A stretch of DNA of 64,000 nucleotides from Auanema rhodensis (GCA_964057225.1 OZ059895.1:16554001-16618000); one strand, 5' to 3'. Shown: positions 1 through 18,529, counted from the first letter of the stretch. Numbers and translations: made by a program. The notes: generated by a model not told the origin, from the sequence alone.

Positions 1-1016
1 TTCTTCTTTGGCACTCTCCCGTGATCTTTGTACTATTTATATATTTAACAGTATTCAGTGTTAATTATATTACAGTAATTGAACTGTATTCCACACAACA
101 GCAGAACCTAGTCAATTTCTTCCATTTTTATGTGCTCCAGAGCTCTCTCTTTCTCTCTCAAAATATAATAACGCTTTAATATCAAGTTCCGTAGATGAAG
201 TTTAATTCTCCGGCTTCAGTTCTTAAGGTAATTTGTATTGATGTTTTGCATTAGCGACTAAATCGAGGCAACTTTCTCTAGTCTTTGATATATTAGAAAC
301 GTTGCGTTCGTTTCACTCAAATTTTCTCATTCTCCCTCATTTCTATCGGTTTTGCGCCCTACTATCCTTGTTTTCCTCTTATTCTAGCGCATAGTTCTTA
401 TGCGCACAATTATTATCATATATAATATATTATTTTATAATTATTGAATAAAGTTTGTTTTGCTCCTAATTGAGATTATCTTGTATAAATCAAAAATATA
501 TAATCAGTATAGTCAAAGCGTATTGAAAAAAATTTAACTTGGTGTAGAAATTGAAATTAAATATTAAAAAATATATATATATTTATTTATTTATATTTAT
601 ATATATAATAGTTAAAAGCAAGTTTTCACAACATGATTCAAATTAGTGTTCCCCAAATTAAAACAAACATTCTAAGCTAGTATACATAGGCCGAGACGAG
701 TTTTCTCTCCAGAACGTACTGGCCTACCAAGCGCCCAGTTAAAGGGCGGTGGTCAAAAGGTCCCGCATCGATTGTCTTGGTACCTCTTAGCCGTGACGTC
801 ACGATGTTGTCACTTGAATCGATCGATTTTTATTTTATATTTATTTTTTTTAACGCTCGTACGAAGGCAAGAATTATTCAAGCTCACGATAATAACTAAT
901 CTGAAATGCAGTTTTAAATTGTCAAACTAATTCTCAAAAGATTCCCAAAAGTAACTTTGTAATTCGTATAAAGCTCTTTCCCAATATTAATTGCCTATCT
1001 GTTATTTTAGAAGTGT

Positions 1017-2854
1017 ATGGAGGGTGATCTTATATATCCTCCTATTGTTATTGGGGCCATTGAAGATATTCGACATCCTCCAGAGGTAGAAATAAGACGT
1101 CAACCTGAGATAGAAGCTAGACGTGCAGTCTTTGAATTAGATCATGCACGTCGTGCGATTTTAGAACGAAACGACAGTATTGCTGGCGATATATCACAAC
1201 AGAGTGGAGCTTCCGTTAATCGTTGTAAGTTATAAATATATTGAACTCATTTAATAAATATTTTACTCTTAGCCGATTCAGCACTATTTTCATCAAAGTT
1301 TAATAACCGGCAAAGAGACCACGAATGTGTAACTCATGTTGATCCTATAATTTTACATCAAAGATGGACTGTAAGTCAAAAAAAAAGATAATCATTGGTA
1401 TATATATTTATATATATATATAACTTTAGATAGCTAATTTCAACTCTCTTATCAAACTATCAACCCCTGGAAGCTGCCTACGGAGCTCGGTTTTTAGGTT
1501 AGTGATAATGTTAATAAAGACAAAAATACTTTTTTTATCAATTGTAGAGATCCTGGTCAGCCTCAATCATGTTGGCAATTATGTATTTACCCAGGGGGAA
1601 AGCGGCAAGAAAACGCTGAAAATGTATCCCTTTTTCTTAAAATGTCATCTACAGTTCCCAATAAAGAGGTGCCTAACATTTTTCATCAAATCGTGCATGA
1701 TTTTTTATAATTACAGGTCGTAGTCAAAGCAGAGTATCGTTTCTATTTTCTTGATGATAACGAGAAACCTCGCTTTACAAATGTAAATGTTGGAGATTTT
1801 CACGCTAAACCACCTAAAGGTGGTCACAGTTGGGGTTTAAGAAATATCCCCAAACAAAAGGCTTGTCTCATAGCTTAAGCACGTGATTAATTTAATTCTT
1901 TTAGGTATTGAACAGTATCAGATCTGATAATTCATTAGTAATCTCATGTATCATTGAATTAATGCCAGATGTATCTCGCATACCTTGTAAAAGAATTAAC
2001 TCTTCATCTGGTTTAACCACCGAAATGAGCTCGGTATCAAAAGCTCATCTTATGAATGGTTTTTTATCTTTTTCTACCTTTCGTATTATTATTTTTCTTT
2101 TTACAGAATTAAGAATGTTAGAAACGGGTGAACAATCGGATATGAAAATTATAATTGGGGACGGAGGGCACATATTTCACGTACATAGGTACAAACTTAT
2201 ATCTCAATCGGATGTTTTCCGAGCTATGTTGGAGCACGAGGAACTTTATGAAAGCAAGGTATTACCTTTTCAATTTATTCTGTTCTTTATTTATTTGCTT
2301 GAAGAACGGAGAACTAACTGTAAAAGATTTTTCTGAGACTGCTGTTCGAGCTATGTTAGAATTTATTTATTGTGGTTCAGTTCATAGTGATATTAATATT
2401 GATGTGAGTATTGTTTTAATTTGACTTTTCTAATTTATTGATGTCTCAGGAATACGCGGAAACAATGGAATTAGCCGAAAAATATAACGTAACCTCTTTA
2501 AAAACATTATGTGAAGATCAACTTATATCTAAGTCTGTTTTAAAATTGAATTTGTGTTGTTATTTTCATGATTTCAGAGTAAATGTACAAACAGTTGTTG
2601 AAGCTATCGTATTAGCAGATCGTCATATGGCCCATTCTTTATTTGATCATTGTATAGAAATTGTATGTTTATTTGTTGTATATTTTTTTATAATTCTACT
2701 TTCTTTTCAGATTATGGCTCAGCGGGGTAAGGTGGTTGAAACCTCTAATTGGAAATCACTTAAAGAACATAGTCCCCGATTAGCTAACACTATTTTGGAA
2801 ACGATTGTAAACTATGATCAAGCGGTACCTCCTGTAAAAAGATCTCGGTTGTAG
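1017..2854 (+). CDS. bath-40: MATH-BTB (SPOP-like) Cul3 adaptor, multi-exon
   Basis: Spliced translation gives a MATH domain (CWQLCIYPGGKRQENAENVSLFLKMSS..KAEYRFYFLDDNEKPRFTNVNVGDFHAKPPKGGHSWGLRNIP), a BTB domain (FHVHRYKLISQSDVFRAML..VRAMLEFIYCG) and a C-terminal NLS PPVKRSRL, closely resembling C. elegans BATH-40 as I recall it. Confidence 0.9.
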
Positions 2855-3226
2855 CCCGTGATATGTGATAGGTATCGTTAAGTTTATCAATTTAACTGGT
2901 TTATTTTTCGTATTAGATTTGCAATAATTACGAGATCTTTCTAGTTTTGTGATAATAATCATGTTAGTCTTTACAAACTTTAGCATTTCCGGTGTCATTA
3001 GGCACGTCTCTCCAAAGTCTTTGAATTACTACTTTTTTTGTTCACAACTCTCCAAAGTCTTTGAAATATCTTCATTTTTCTTGTCATTTTATGTATAATA
3101 TACACGAGCTTTCGTCCTTCAATAAATGATTGTGCATTTGAACTTGTAATTTGCTGAGGTTTTACGATTCCTGCTTATTTAAAAGACATAGTAATAATTC
3201 TAGTCAATAATATGCTTGTAGTCAAA

Positions 3227-5463
<2,237 letters not shown>

Positions 5464-5755
5464 TATTTTCTTTTCTTTTTTTGTTGTTTTTAGTGTAAAT
5501 GCATGCATGTTCGGATATTGTTGATTTTCTATTTTCACATCCAAATGTATACTTTTGTTGATTTGAATTGTTGTTTTTGATTTTTTTTTGAAAACTTTAT
5601 AAATCATATGACTTTTACCTTTTTTGGTTTTAATTGAAAGTTAAAGTAATACATTGTTTTATTTCTCAGTCTCATTTGATTTTCATGAAAAGTAAGGCTA
5701 TATTTGAAGATATGGTAGAAATGGGAAATACTAAAGAAGTGATGGAGCATTCCAT

Positions 5756-5940
5756 TGAAAACTTGCGATATATCTTTTAAACTTTCAAATTTTTGTTTAT
5801 TCAGGAACACCACATGGCTAAGGCTCACGCCATTATTCCTGACGACTTCGAGGTATTTGTTTTGACTTTTATAAACATTCAAAAAAATTCTTTTAAGTTG
5901 CCTGTTAATGCTTTTGACATCCCAAGATGCTATGAAGGGG
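5756..5940 (+). pseudogene. 185-bp duplicated fragment of the hprt-1 5' region (intron end, exon, intron, partial exon)
   Basis: Matches 7769-7953 at 183/185 positions; after ...CYEG the frame runs into unrelated sequence (VSVQNF*). Confidence 0.85.
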
Positions 5941-7420
5941 TTTCAGTACAAAACTTCTAATCAGCTCAAATCGGCCAGACTGATAAAGTCTAATACAGCA
6001 AGAATGACCACTTTTTAGTTAGAACTTGCCCTTTAGCAAGGAGTTAAGAACTGTCATGGTTTTGAGAATGAACCAGATATATCGAAAACTCAGCAATTTA
6101 AAACAGTCCGATATACTTGTGAAGGACATACTTCATGATTTCTGATGTAACGCAAAAAGTGATCTTGCTTTTGAACCTTAGGTTATTCTTTTGGATTCCT
6201 TTTTTCTTGAAATTACTTATCAAAAGTATTTTTAATGCTACATAAAACTAATTATTTTCAAATAGATAAGACTGGAAGCAAGTTGTTTGATTTTAAATCT
6301 CACAAGGTTCCACTTTCTGAACTTTGAGAACAAAATTCAGAAATGATTGATCAACTATGACATTTCAATTTTTAAAAATGTTTAAATGTCAATTGATTTT
6401 TGTAAGCCAATAAATGGCCCTCTTATCTCTTCAGTGAAATATTTTCTCAATTAAGAGCTGATTAAGATATGATTGATTCATTCTTGATAGAAAGTTTATT
6501 AATCCTTTTGCTGCTGCCAGTCTGACCCATTCAGAAAGCTATGTGCAAGTTCGAGAGTTCAAATCATTCTAATGGTTCTGAAAAAAAAAGAAATATTGTA
6601 ACGTTATCAAAGAATAATTTTTCGGGATTTCAATTCTGTGTAGTCAGCAATTCTGTGTGCGTTTACCTCTTGTCGTCTGCAGTCTGGCACTATTTGACTT
6701 TCTATAGTCCTTTCAGTTGTCTTTCCCTTTTAAAATTAATGATATATCTAATAGTAAAAGCATCGAATTGCCACTATCTCAGTTAATGATAGTATCAGTT
6801 AATCCTCTCGTGCATTAAAAGTTCCATTTCATTGAGTTTCATTAGTGTTGCCAATGGTCATTGACCAGATCTTAGTTCATTTTAATAAATTCCAACGCAT
6901 TTTCAATTTTTTTTTTAAAATTAGAATTTATCTTACATCTTTGCCATATTTCTACAAAGAAATTTCTATATATTTGCTAGAAAATGCTTTTAAATGACAT
7001 AAGACCTGCGATTTTTTCTTTGCATCATGTTTTAGTTGTAATTTTTTTTGCATGTATCATGCATTACGAACATGTTTTCCTAGCTAAGATAATAATTTTC
7101 TTTGAAAAAGGGTCGTCTCTGATTGACCTTTCAGAGCTCTCTCTATATCTGTCTATTTCCCATTTCAAATGGTTTTACAATTGATTAGTTTGTTACTCAA
7201 ATAATTTGATTTTTGATAGATGAGGACCAGATACTACAACATCAATCCCCATTATGTATATTTTTGAATTATTATTATATAATATTATGAAATGTTGATA
7301 AACCATCTTTGAATCACTACGCATTTCTGCTAAATTCGTTAATTAATGTATTTCTTCTTTAAATAATACATGAATGACCGAAATATTGTTATAATTCATT
7401 CTTATTTTAGGTTACGAACG

Positions 7421-8854
7421 ATGTCAGCAGAAGGATCGTCAAATCAGGTAGGCGGCCCTGTTCATGATTATCAACTACATTCAAAGAAAACAGTAAACGT
7501 AATCAATGAGAGTACTACCAACAAAACATGATAAAGATTATGTAGTTATGTTCTCACTTGCTCGTTCTCTTTATTTTGCATCCTAATGGCAAACCTGTTT
7601 TTTGGGGGGCAAAAAGATACATTATCAGGTGACCTATGTTTGAAAAATTTGCCATCACTTCTCCATACATATGTCATATATATGTTTGTTGTGTTTGGTT
7701 AGAACTACGACTTACTTCCTATTATGATTTTAGTTTGTATTCGTGTGAAGTTTAGCACTGTATTCCTCTGAAAACTTTCGATATATCTTTTAAACTTTCA
7801 AATTTTTGTTTATTTAGGAACACCACATGGCTAAGGCTCACGCCATTATTCCTGACGACTTCGAGGTATTTGTTTTGACTTTTATAAACATTCAAAAAAA
7901 TTCTTTTAAGTTGCCTGTTAATGCTTTTGACATCCCAAGATGCTATGAAGGGGATCTTAGTGCAGTAGTCATCCCAGAAGGCTTGATTAAAGATCGTGTA
8001 CGTAGATTGGCTAAAGGTTAGTTTAATTTATGAAATTCTTGGCAGTATTGTTTTTGAGATATCCATGATGTCGTTGGCGACGAGTCCTTGGCATTGCTCT
8101 GTGTCCTCAAGGGGTCCTACAAGTTCTTCACTCAGCTGGTTAGTACAATGAACTTCTTTCTCTTTTTAAAAATTGTAAATTCAGGTTGATGAACTTGCCA
8201 ATGCTAGATCAGCATGCTCTACTGCTATGACAGTTGATTTCATTCGTTGCAAAAGCTACGAAGATACTGCTAGTACTGGTAATATTCAGATTATTGGATT
8301 AGGTAATTTGGAAGAATTGAGAGGAAAGAATGTTTTGGTAAGTAGTTAATGCTGGTTTTGTGTTTTGTGCACACTGCGCAGTACACAAGATAGGTTGCTT
8401 TCCTGGCACTTTGGAACACAACCGGTCCATACGCCAATCATCATTAAAATAATTTGAAAATTCTCTTGTTAGTTATATGTTATTATAGGTTGTTGATGAC
8501 ATCGTTGACTCCGGACAAACTCTTTATAGACTATTGAAAACTTTGGATGATCATGGTAAGAGGGATATTTACAGTGAATATTTCAAATCTGCTTATTAGG
8601 CGTAAAGAGAACTTGGACTGCTTTACTCTTGGCAAAGCGCGTTAAACGCGTCATTGATGTAAAGGAAGATTTCGTTGCGTTCCAAATTCCTGACAAGGTT
8701 TGCACTCTTTATCTTCGAGGTGGTTCTTCAAAGAAAAATTAAAAACTTTCAGTTCATCGTTGGTTATGGCTTGGATTACAACCAGTGCTTCAGAGACCTC
8801 AACCATATTTGTGTGATGAGCGAGAGCGGAATCGAAAAATACAAAAACCGATAA
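7421..8854 (+). CDS. hprt-1: Hypoxanthine-guanine phosphoribosyltransferase
   Basis: Short exon 7421-7447 (MSAEGSSNQ) splices in frame to 7818; alternative start at 7827. Motifs [55 protein letters not shown]. Confidence 0.93.
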
Positions 8855-9136
8855 GCATCGAAAAGTGTACAACCTCAACTTTCTATTTTTTTCATATTAG
8901 ATTGTTCCTAATTATTTCTTTTAATAAAAGTCATAGCATTATTCATTAGTTTGAAATGGAAAGCAATAATTCGATCATGCTCACATCCGTATTTAAGAAT
9001 TCACTGATCGATTGACACTTGCGTAATTGATAAGAGAAGCCCATTATGAAGAATTCAAAGTTAATGTTATACCATTTGCTATCGTATTCAATGCCAAATT
9101 TACAATTACTTCAAATGGATTGAATTAATGTTTCAG

Positions 9137-10024
9137 ATGAAATCGCTTATCGTCATAGCATTAGTTCTGGCAAATGTAGCAGCTTTTACAACTCTTTCAA
9201 ACTTTGGCATGGAATCTCAAGTGGCACGTCAAATGATTTTCACAATTGAATCAAGGTTGGATTGTAAGAATATGATTAATTCTTGTTCTTAGAATGTCTT
9301 GTATGTTTGAGCCTCTTGAGCAGGGAATGTTCTTGAAAATCAAAGTGCAGGTAATGACTATTACTCAGCCAATGGGATGTAACATTGAGCTTGTTTAGCC
9401 ATATCCTTTGATCAAGTCCCGTTTCCCTCTCCAAGCTCGCCTAACTTCACCAAGCGGAGAATATTCAGAATGGGCTGAGGGAGATGGCAGCTTACGTTTG
9501 TTGCATAATACTACAGAATCCGGTATGTAGTTGGAGGAAAGTTAAGGATAGTAAAACTGAAGTCAATGTATAGGTCCTTATGAGATCTGCCTTTTCGCCA
9601 GTAGACCACATCAAATTCTTCTGGACCTGTTCTTCCATCATCCAGAAAAGGCTGAAAAAGGCCTGCAGCAATTTTTGGAAAATCATCAACTGGACAAAGA
9701 CATTCAGGTTAGACGAATAAGCTGTTTGTCTTGAACAAGTTATAATTTTAGAAAAGAGTTCAACGTCTATTTAACTTAGTCTATAATATACTTTATTCAG
9801 TAAAATATTATAATATGGTAAATTTATATAAATAATATATTTATATTAAAATAAATTTAAATATTCAGGCATCATTTGGTGATGAAAAACTTCAACTCAA
9901 AATTATGGATTACATTCAAACTTTTTCTCTTTCCTTCATGTTTATTTTTATATTTGTAGCTGTAATCAATGTTATTCTGGTTCGACGAATGTTTAATGTT
10001 AATACTCAAAGAATTCAAATTTAA
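9137..10024 (+). CDS. p24/emp24 (TMED) GOLD-domain family protein, paralog A
   Basis: Signal peptide, two GOLD cysteines (CMFEPL; GPYEICL), LTSPSG motif, helical stalk, C-terminal TM and VRRMF tail. Confidence 0.75.
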
Positions 10025-10476
10025 ACAAATCTTAATCAACTTTATCTGAATCTGAATATTTATTTCCTAACAGTTTTTTGAACGGGTAATAAAGTTTTAA
10101 TATGTTTCGCGCTTTTCCAAGTTGTTTTGAAGTTAAACGTATGTAAATTAGCAATCAACTTCTGAATTTTAATTATAACAGTGGCGTAATTTACTAAGAA
10201 ATATTATTCAACAAGCTGTACCTCTTGCTTTGAATTGATAAGACTGAAATCAATATTTGCACAATACTTGCTATTCCACACTTCAACCACAAATGGCTAA
10301 TATCACATCTATTTTCAATACATATTTCAATTTAAAATATTATTCAATACACCTCCATAGACAGGCTTTTTGATCATTTTTTCATAATCAATCGTTGAGT
10401 CAATACCATGCTTATTACAATCAATTTTTATATTTTGACCTAGGAATTGCTGCATCTTTCAATCAGAATTTTTCAG

Positions 10477-11809
10477 ATGAAAGCTTCTCTATCTTTAGGT
10501 GTAATTTGTTTTTTCCTTGTTCATCATGTGCAATCTTTCTCCAGTCTTTCAAATAGCCGCTCTGGACCAACGGGTAGACAGATGATTTTCGAATTGGAAA
10601 CTAAGTAAAAACTTTCTTAAATTGAATTCAACGAATATTTCTTGTATAGTAACTTTCTTCAGAATATATTGTATGTTTGAGCCATTATCAGCAGGTATGG
10701 AATTAGTTCTGGATATTGATGTATGTTCATAATATTTCCCGCCTTAATTGGAAAATATTTTCCAGACTTATCCAGCTGGAACTAGAGGTACTCCTTTACA
10801 ACTCAGATTAACATCTCCATCTACGGAATTCTCGGATTGGGCCAGTGGCGATGGCAATGCTCATATGCGTCAAAACATCACTGAGACAGGTTTGGGATTT
10901 GAAAAAAATTAACAAGAAAACTAATTTAAATTTAAATTTTCTATGATGAAAATCGATTACAAATTTCACACATAACCTTCTAATCTTATTAAATGATGAT
11001 ATAAGAAAACAATAAAATGATAAAATATTAAAAACAACAATAACAACATGATCATAAAATTGAATTAATTATTTATATTTTATAAATATTTATTATATAA
11101 TTTCTGTTTTTTTTCTATTTTCTTAATTTAATTTCAAACGGAAATCATATTACCATTTTTGAATTTCATTTCCGGTTATGTTAATTCAAACATGACGCTT
11201 TGTACTAATACTTCCGAGATTAGCTTAATTAGCATTTTTCAAATTTTCTTTTGCATCCTAATGAAGAATTCGAATAATTTTCGAAATTATGCTTCATATA
11301 ATTAGTTTTACACTTAATAATAAAAGAAAATTTCAAAAATGTTGTAGGTGATTATGAGATTTGTTTCTACTCTCCACAACAGATGAAGGTTACATTCAGT
11401 ATGTTCTTCCATGATCCTAAACAGCTTATTCAACAACTGGAGAAGCATCAAGAACTTAAAGATTCCCATAAAGCTATCGATGTAAATTTAAAATATTTCT
11501 AAAACTTAATTTCTTCTCTGCTTTTTCTCTTCAGACTGTTATTGGAGGTCTTTTTCAACAATTATATAAAATAAAGTATAGTATCAGATATTATAATCAG
11601 GTGAATAATATTGTTTTTGAAATCTTTTCTTTTGAAATTCATATATATTCCAGATTGTTAGTAGAGATGAATTGATTCAAGAGAAGAATTCCAATAATAT
11701 TCAACTGTTTTCCGTTTCATTTGTTGTTGCAGCCATCATCATGGCCATATTGAATGTAATACTTATCAGAAGAATGTTCAAAATTAACACTTCACGCATT
11801 CGAATTTAA
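10477..11809 (+). CDS. p24/emp24 (TMED) GOLD-domain family protein, paralog B
   Basis: Same architecture and exon layout as paralog A (RQMIF, CMFEPL, LRLTSPS, GDYEICF, IRRMF tail). Confidence 0.75.
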
Positions 11810-12456
11810 ATTTCTCCATCCTCTAATGATTATAGAATGAATTATAATTTTATTTATTTATTTGCTTTTTGTTTGTTCATGAATAAACCAATTTGCATCT
11901 CGTTTCATCTTATCGTTCATATACCTAAGAAACTTTAGTTATTGATTAGTTACAAAACACGGAGATAGCTTCCGATTCCATTGATCACCTTATTAGCATA
12001 CGCAGCTTCCGACCGCTTGGTATTTTTTGAATTTTTTTGAACTTCTTTTCTCATTTCATTGCATTATCAGTTAACGCAGTTTGCGGTTGATCTCTGTTAT
12101 TTATCTTTTATTATGTTTTAAAATACAAAATTCATTAATATTTGTATATATTTTCACATTTTTGGTCTAAATTTTGAATTATTTAATCACTTTCATTCCT
12201 AGCAATTTAAATTTTCGGATATAGCATGTTCGCGGTTATTCTGAGCTTTTGCCTCCACTTTATGCTAATATGAGCGTGCGCCGCCCCCCTTTCAACTAGC
12301 AGTTACTATAATACTTTACAGTAACTGTCATAACATGGCGTCTTTGTTTTTTAAACTTTGTTTTCAAACATTTGAATTATTTATTTTTTCATTTGTCTTC
12401 ATTTTCAGTTCATATTTTCAGATTATTTTGTATTTCGTTTAATTTGCCATAAAGTA

Positions 12457-14283
12457 ATGTATCTGGCGCAACAAGCAAATTTATTGTCATCGCAAACTCT
12501 TCCTTCCCAGGTATTTTCATCTGCCAATATGATCAAAATCATTTTATAATATAGGTAAACAGTTATAACAGCCCTTTCAATACACCTAAGAAATCTCAAT
12601 CCAATCAATCCATCATGAATTTTGGCATTACGGTAATTCTTTTTATTTGAGCTAATTTTTTAAAATAAATATTTTCAGACCTCCAATAATCTGAACGCAC
12701 TTGGGCAATTTGGACAAACTTCCTTTCCTGCTATACCTCCAGCATATTCTGAAGATTCTGGTTACAGTTCTTCCTTTTCATCAACAAAGGATTATCAACC
12801 CGATTTAAAAAACTTTTCTGTCTTCGATGCTCCTTCATTTAAAAGTTTGACTCCCTTCATGATTCTCTATTCATGAACTGATTCAGATTCTTTTTCTGGT
12901 ACTAGTTTCAATGGTGCCTCTGCTTTTGAGGGATACAATTCAAGTAATATCCTTCGTGGTAAGTTATAATTTTGTTTTCCCGCGAAATGAGATGTCTTTT
13001 AAGACTCAGCTGTACCAGTTACTCAGAGACGGCGTCATCAGGCTCTTACAGATACAAGTAGTGCTTTCACAAAATCAAATCAAGAAGTTTTTGCTCGTAA
13101 GGTTTTTGTTGGTGGTCTACCCATTGATGTAAGCGAAGGTACACTTTCTCCATTTAAACTTGTTGACAAACGACACAATTCAGAAGAAATCTGGCAAACT
13201 TTCAAAATTTTCGGTAATGTACTCGTAGATTGGCCACGTCGGCCAGATAATGGTGGACGACATGATGAACTTCCATCAAAAAGCGCTGGATGTAGGCTAT
13301 AGCTGTACATCCATCAACTTATGTTTTTAATTTTCAGCCAGATCAATGACCGGATATGTTTTCCTGGTTTTCGAGGAGGAGCTCTCTGTTAGAAAACTAG
13401 TACAACAATGTCATAAAGATGGTGACAGGTACTTGAATTCATTTAAAATTTGCTGCTCAGTTCATCTTTTCAGATATTATCTTTTTGTTTCTTCTCCTAC
13501 AATGCGATACAAGCCTGTACAAGTTAGGCCATGGAAATTAGCCGATATGGAATACATGCTTGATCCTACTATGCCGTTAGATCCCCGGAGAACTGTATTT
13601 ATTGGTGGAGTTCCTCGTCCTACCAGAGCTAGTATGTTTATTTTGATTGAACAGAACCAATCTGTATTTATTCTAGATGAACTAGCCGAATGCTTGAACA
13701 AATTATATGGTTCTGTATGCTATGTAGGCATTGATATTGATCCTGAACTCAAATATCCTAAGGGAGCTGCACGAGTAACTTTTTCTACAACTCATTCTTT
13801 CATTGCTGCAATTACGGGTCGTTTTGTACATGTTCATCATGCCGAAACTCAGAAAAGAGTCAGTTATCATCAATAAACAACTAGTATTATTCTATTCTTA
13901 AGGTTGAAATCAAACCTTATGTGATGGATGAACAAATGTGCGATGAATGCCAAGGAAAAAAGTGCCTATCTCGTTATGCTCCGTACTTCTGTGGAGATCT
14001 TGGTTGTCTTCAGGTATATCCACAGTTAGAAACATATTCTGATTCTCATCTTACTCTTTTCAGTATTTCTGTGAAACATGTTGGGATAAAATTCATCTAA
14101 ATAACGAAAAACGTGCTGATCATCGTCCATTGGTTAGAATGGGGGATCAAACAAAGGCATCCAATAGTATATAATTTGTGTTTAATTTTGTTTTTTTAGA
14201 TTCTTGCTCGGCCTCCTCATCATAACCCTCCAACAAGTAGATCGTCTTCTGGCCGGCAGTCATACTTTTCCCGCAACAATTAA
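12457..14283 (+). CDS. cpb-2: Cytoplasmic polyadenylation element-binding protein (2 RRM + ZZ finger)
   Basis: [11 protein letters not shown]; TGYVFLVF; VQVRPW; [15 protein letters not shown]; [19 protein letters not shown]; [39 protein letters not shown]. The 5' end is less certain. Confidence 0.88.
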
Positions 14284-15013
14284 TTGTACTGTACTATCTA
14301 ATATTTCAAAAACTGAATGTTTTAAGTGGTTTCAATATTACTTATATATTTTCATCTACACATCATCTGGTTTCTTTGACATGGCTTCTATTTATTCACT
14401 TTTCGAGTTGTCAATGTTTTCTTGTACAATTGGTTTGTTTTAATCTGTCTTTCCATGTATCAATGTAGACATGGTAATTTTCATGTGATTTTATAGTTTT
14501 TCTGAGTTTTGTTCGTTTTACCATGACTTGTATACGCAGTATAGCTTCTTGGTCTCAAATTGTAGTACGGTTGTGAGGTTTATCAGCCTGTTTATAAGGG
14601 TATAAATAATGATTGTCACCCACCGTTCGGATAATGTATGTCTAACAAAGTTCCATTGAAAATTAAAAATAAAGCATCATGAACATATTTACATAATTTA
14701 TTGCAGCCTTATAAGCTGCATCGCAGATACAGAAACAACTAGAGTACGAACCCATTGAAATAAGATATCACAACGACAGTTCCGTGACGATAGAGAGGAG
14801 AAAGTTGAAACAGATAAAAGACAACGAAGCACGGTACAGAACACCAAAACCCAACAACAAAAAGAAAATGATCACATAGAAATATAAAAATAAATAGAAA
14901 ATTATAATTACGATTGTTCAATAAATATTCTGCCAATTTCGTGTTTTGTTTAAAAACAATCATCAATTCCCTTCTATAATACACTTTGAAAAAGATTGAA
15001 AATGCCATAACGA

Positions 15014-18210
<3,197 letters not shown>

Positions 18211-18529
18211 TGTCGATCAGTAATTTCGAACAATCGTATACAATAATTTTTTCTTATATTGCTAATGGAACATCTATATATAAAAATGTTATAATATGTA
18301 TAAAAAATAGATAAAGTTTGTATTAGAAGCTGATGGAGCACCTTTGTTTGCTAAAGCAATGAAATTTTAACTAAATATACGTGAGTTGACGTGTGAAGAA
18401 GAGGGCCGCGTGTCCACCCCTTTTTGTACTGTAGTATAAACGGTTAAGTTTAGCTTGTATCCCTTTCATCGTTCGCTTTTAATTGTACTCAAGCTTAATC
18501 TTCGAAATAAGTTCTTGTGATTGTTTCAG
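18211..18529. promoter_or_regulatory. Probable bidirectional promoter between the ZnT5-like and erlectin genes
   Basis: Head-to-head start codons only about 320 bp apart, with a GC-richer core (gacgtgtg..gggccgcgtgtccacccc). Confidence 0.5.

Noticed and set aside
5941-7400. Possible gene or transposon between the hprt fragment and hprt-1
   Set aside because: Only short interrupted frames; I found no TIR, TSD or recognisable motif
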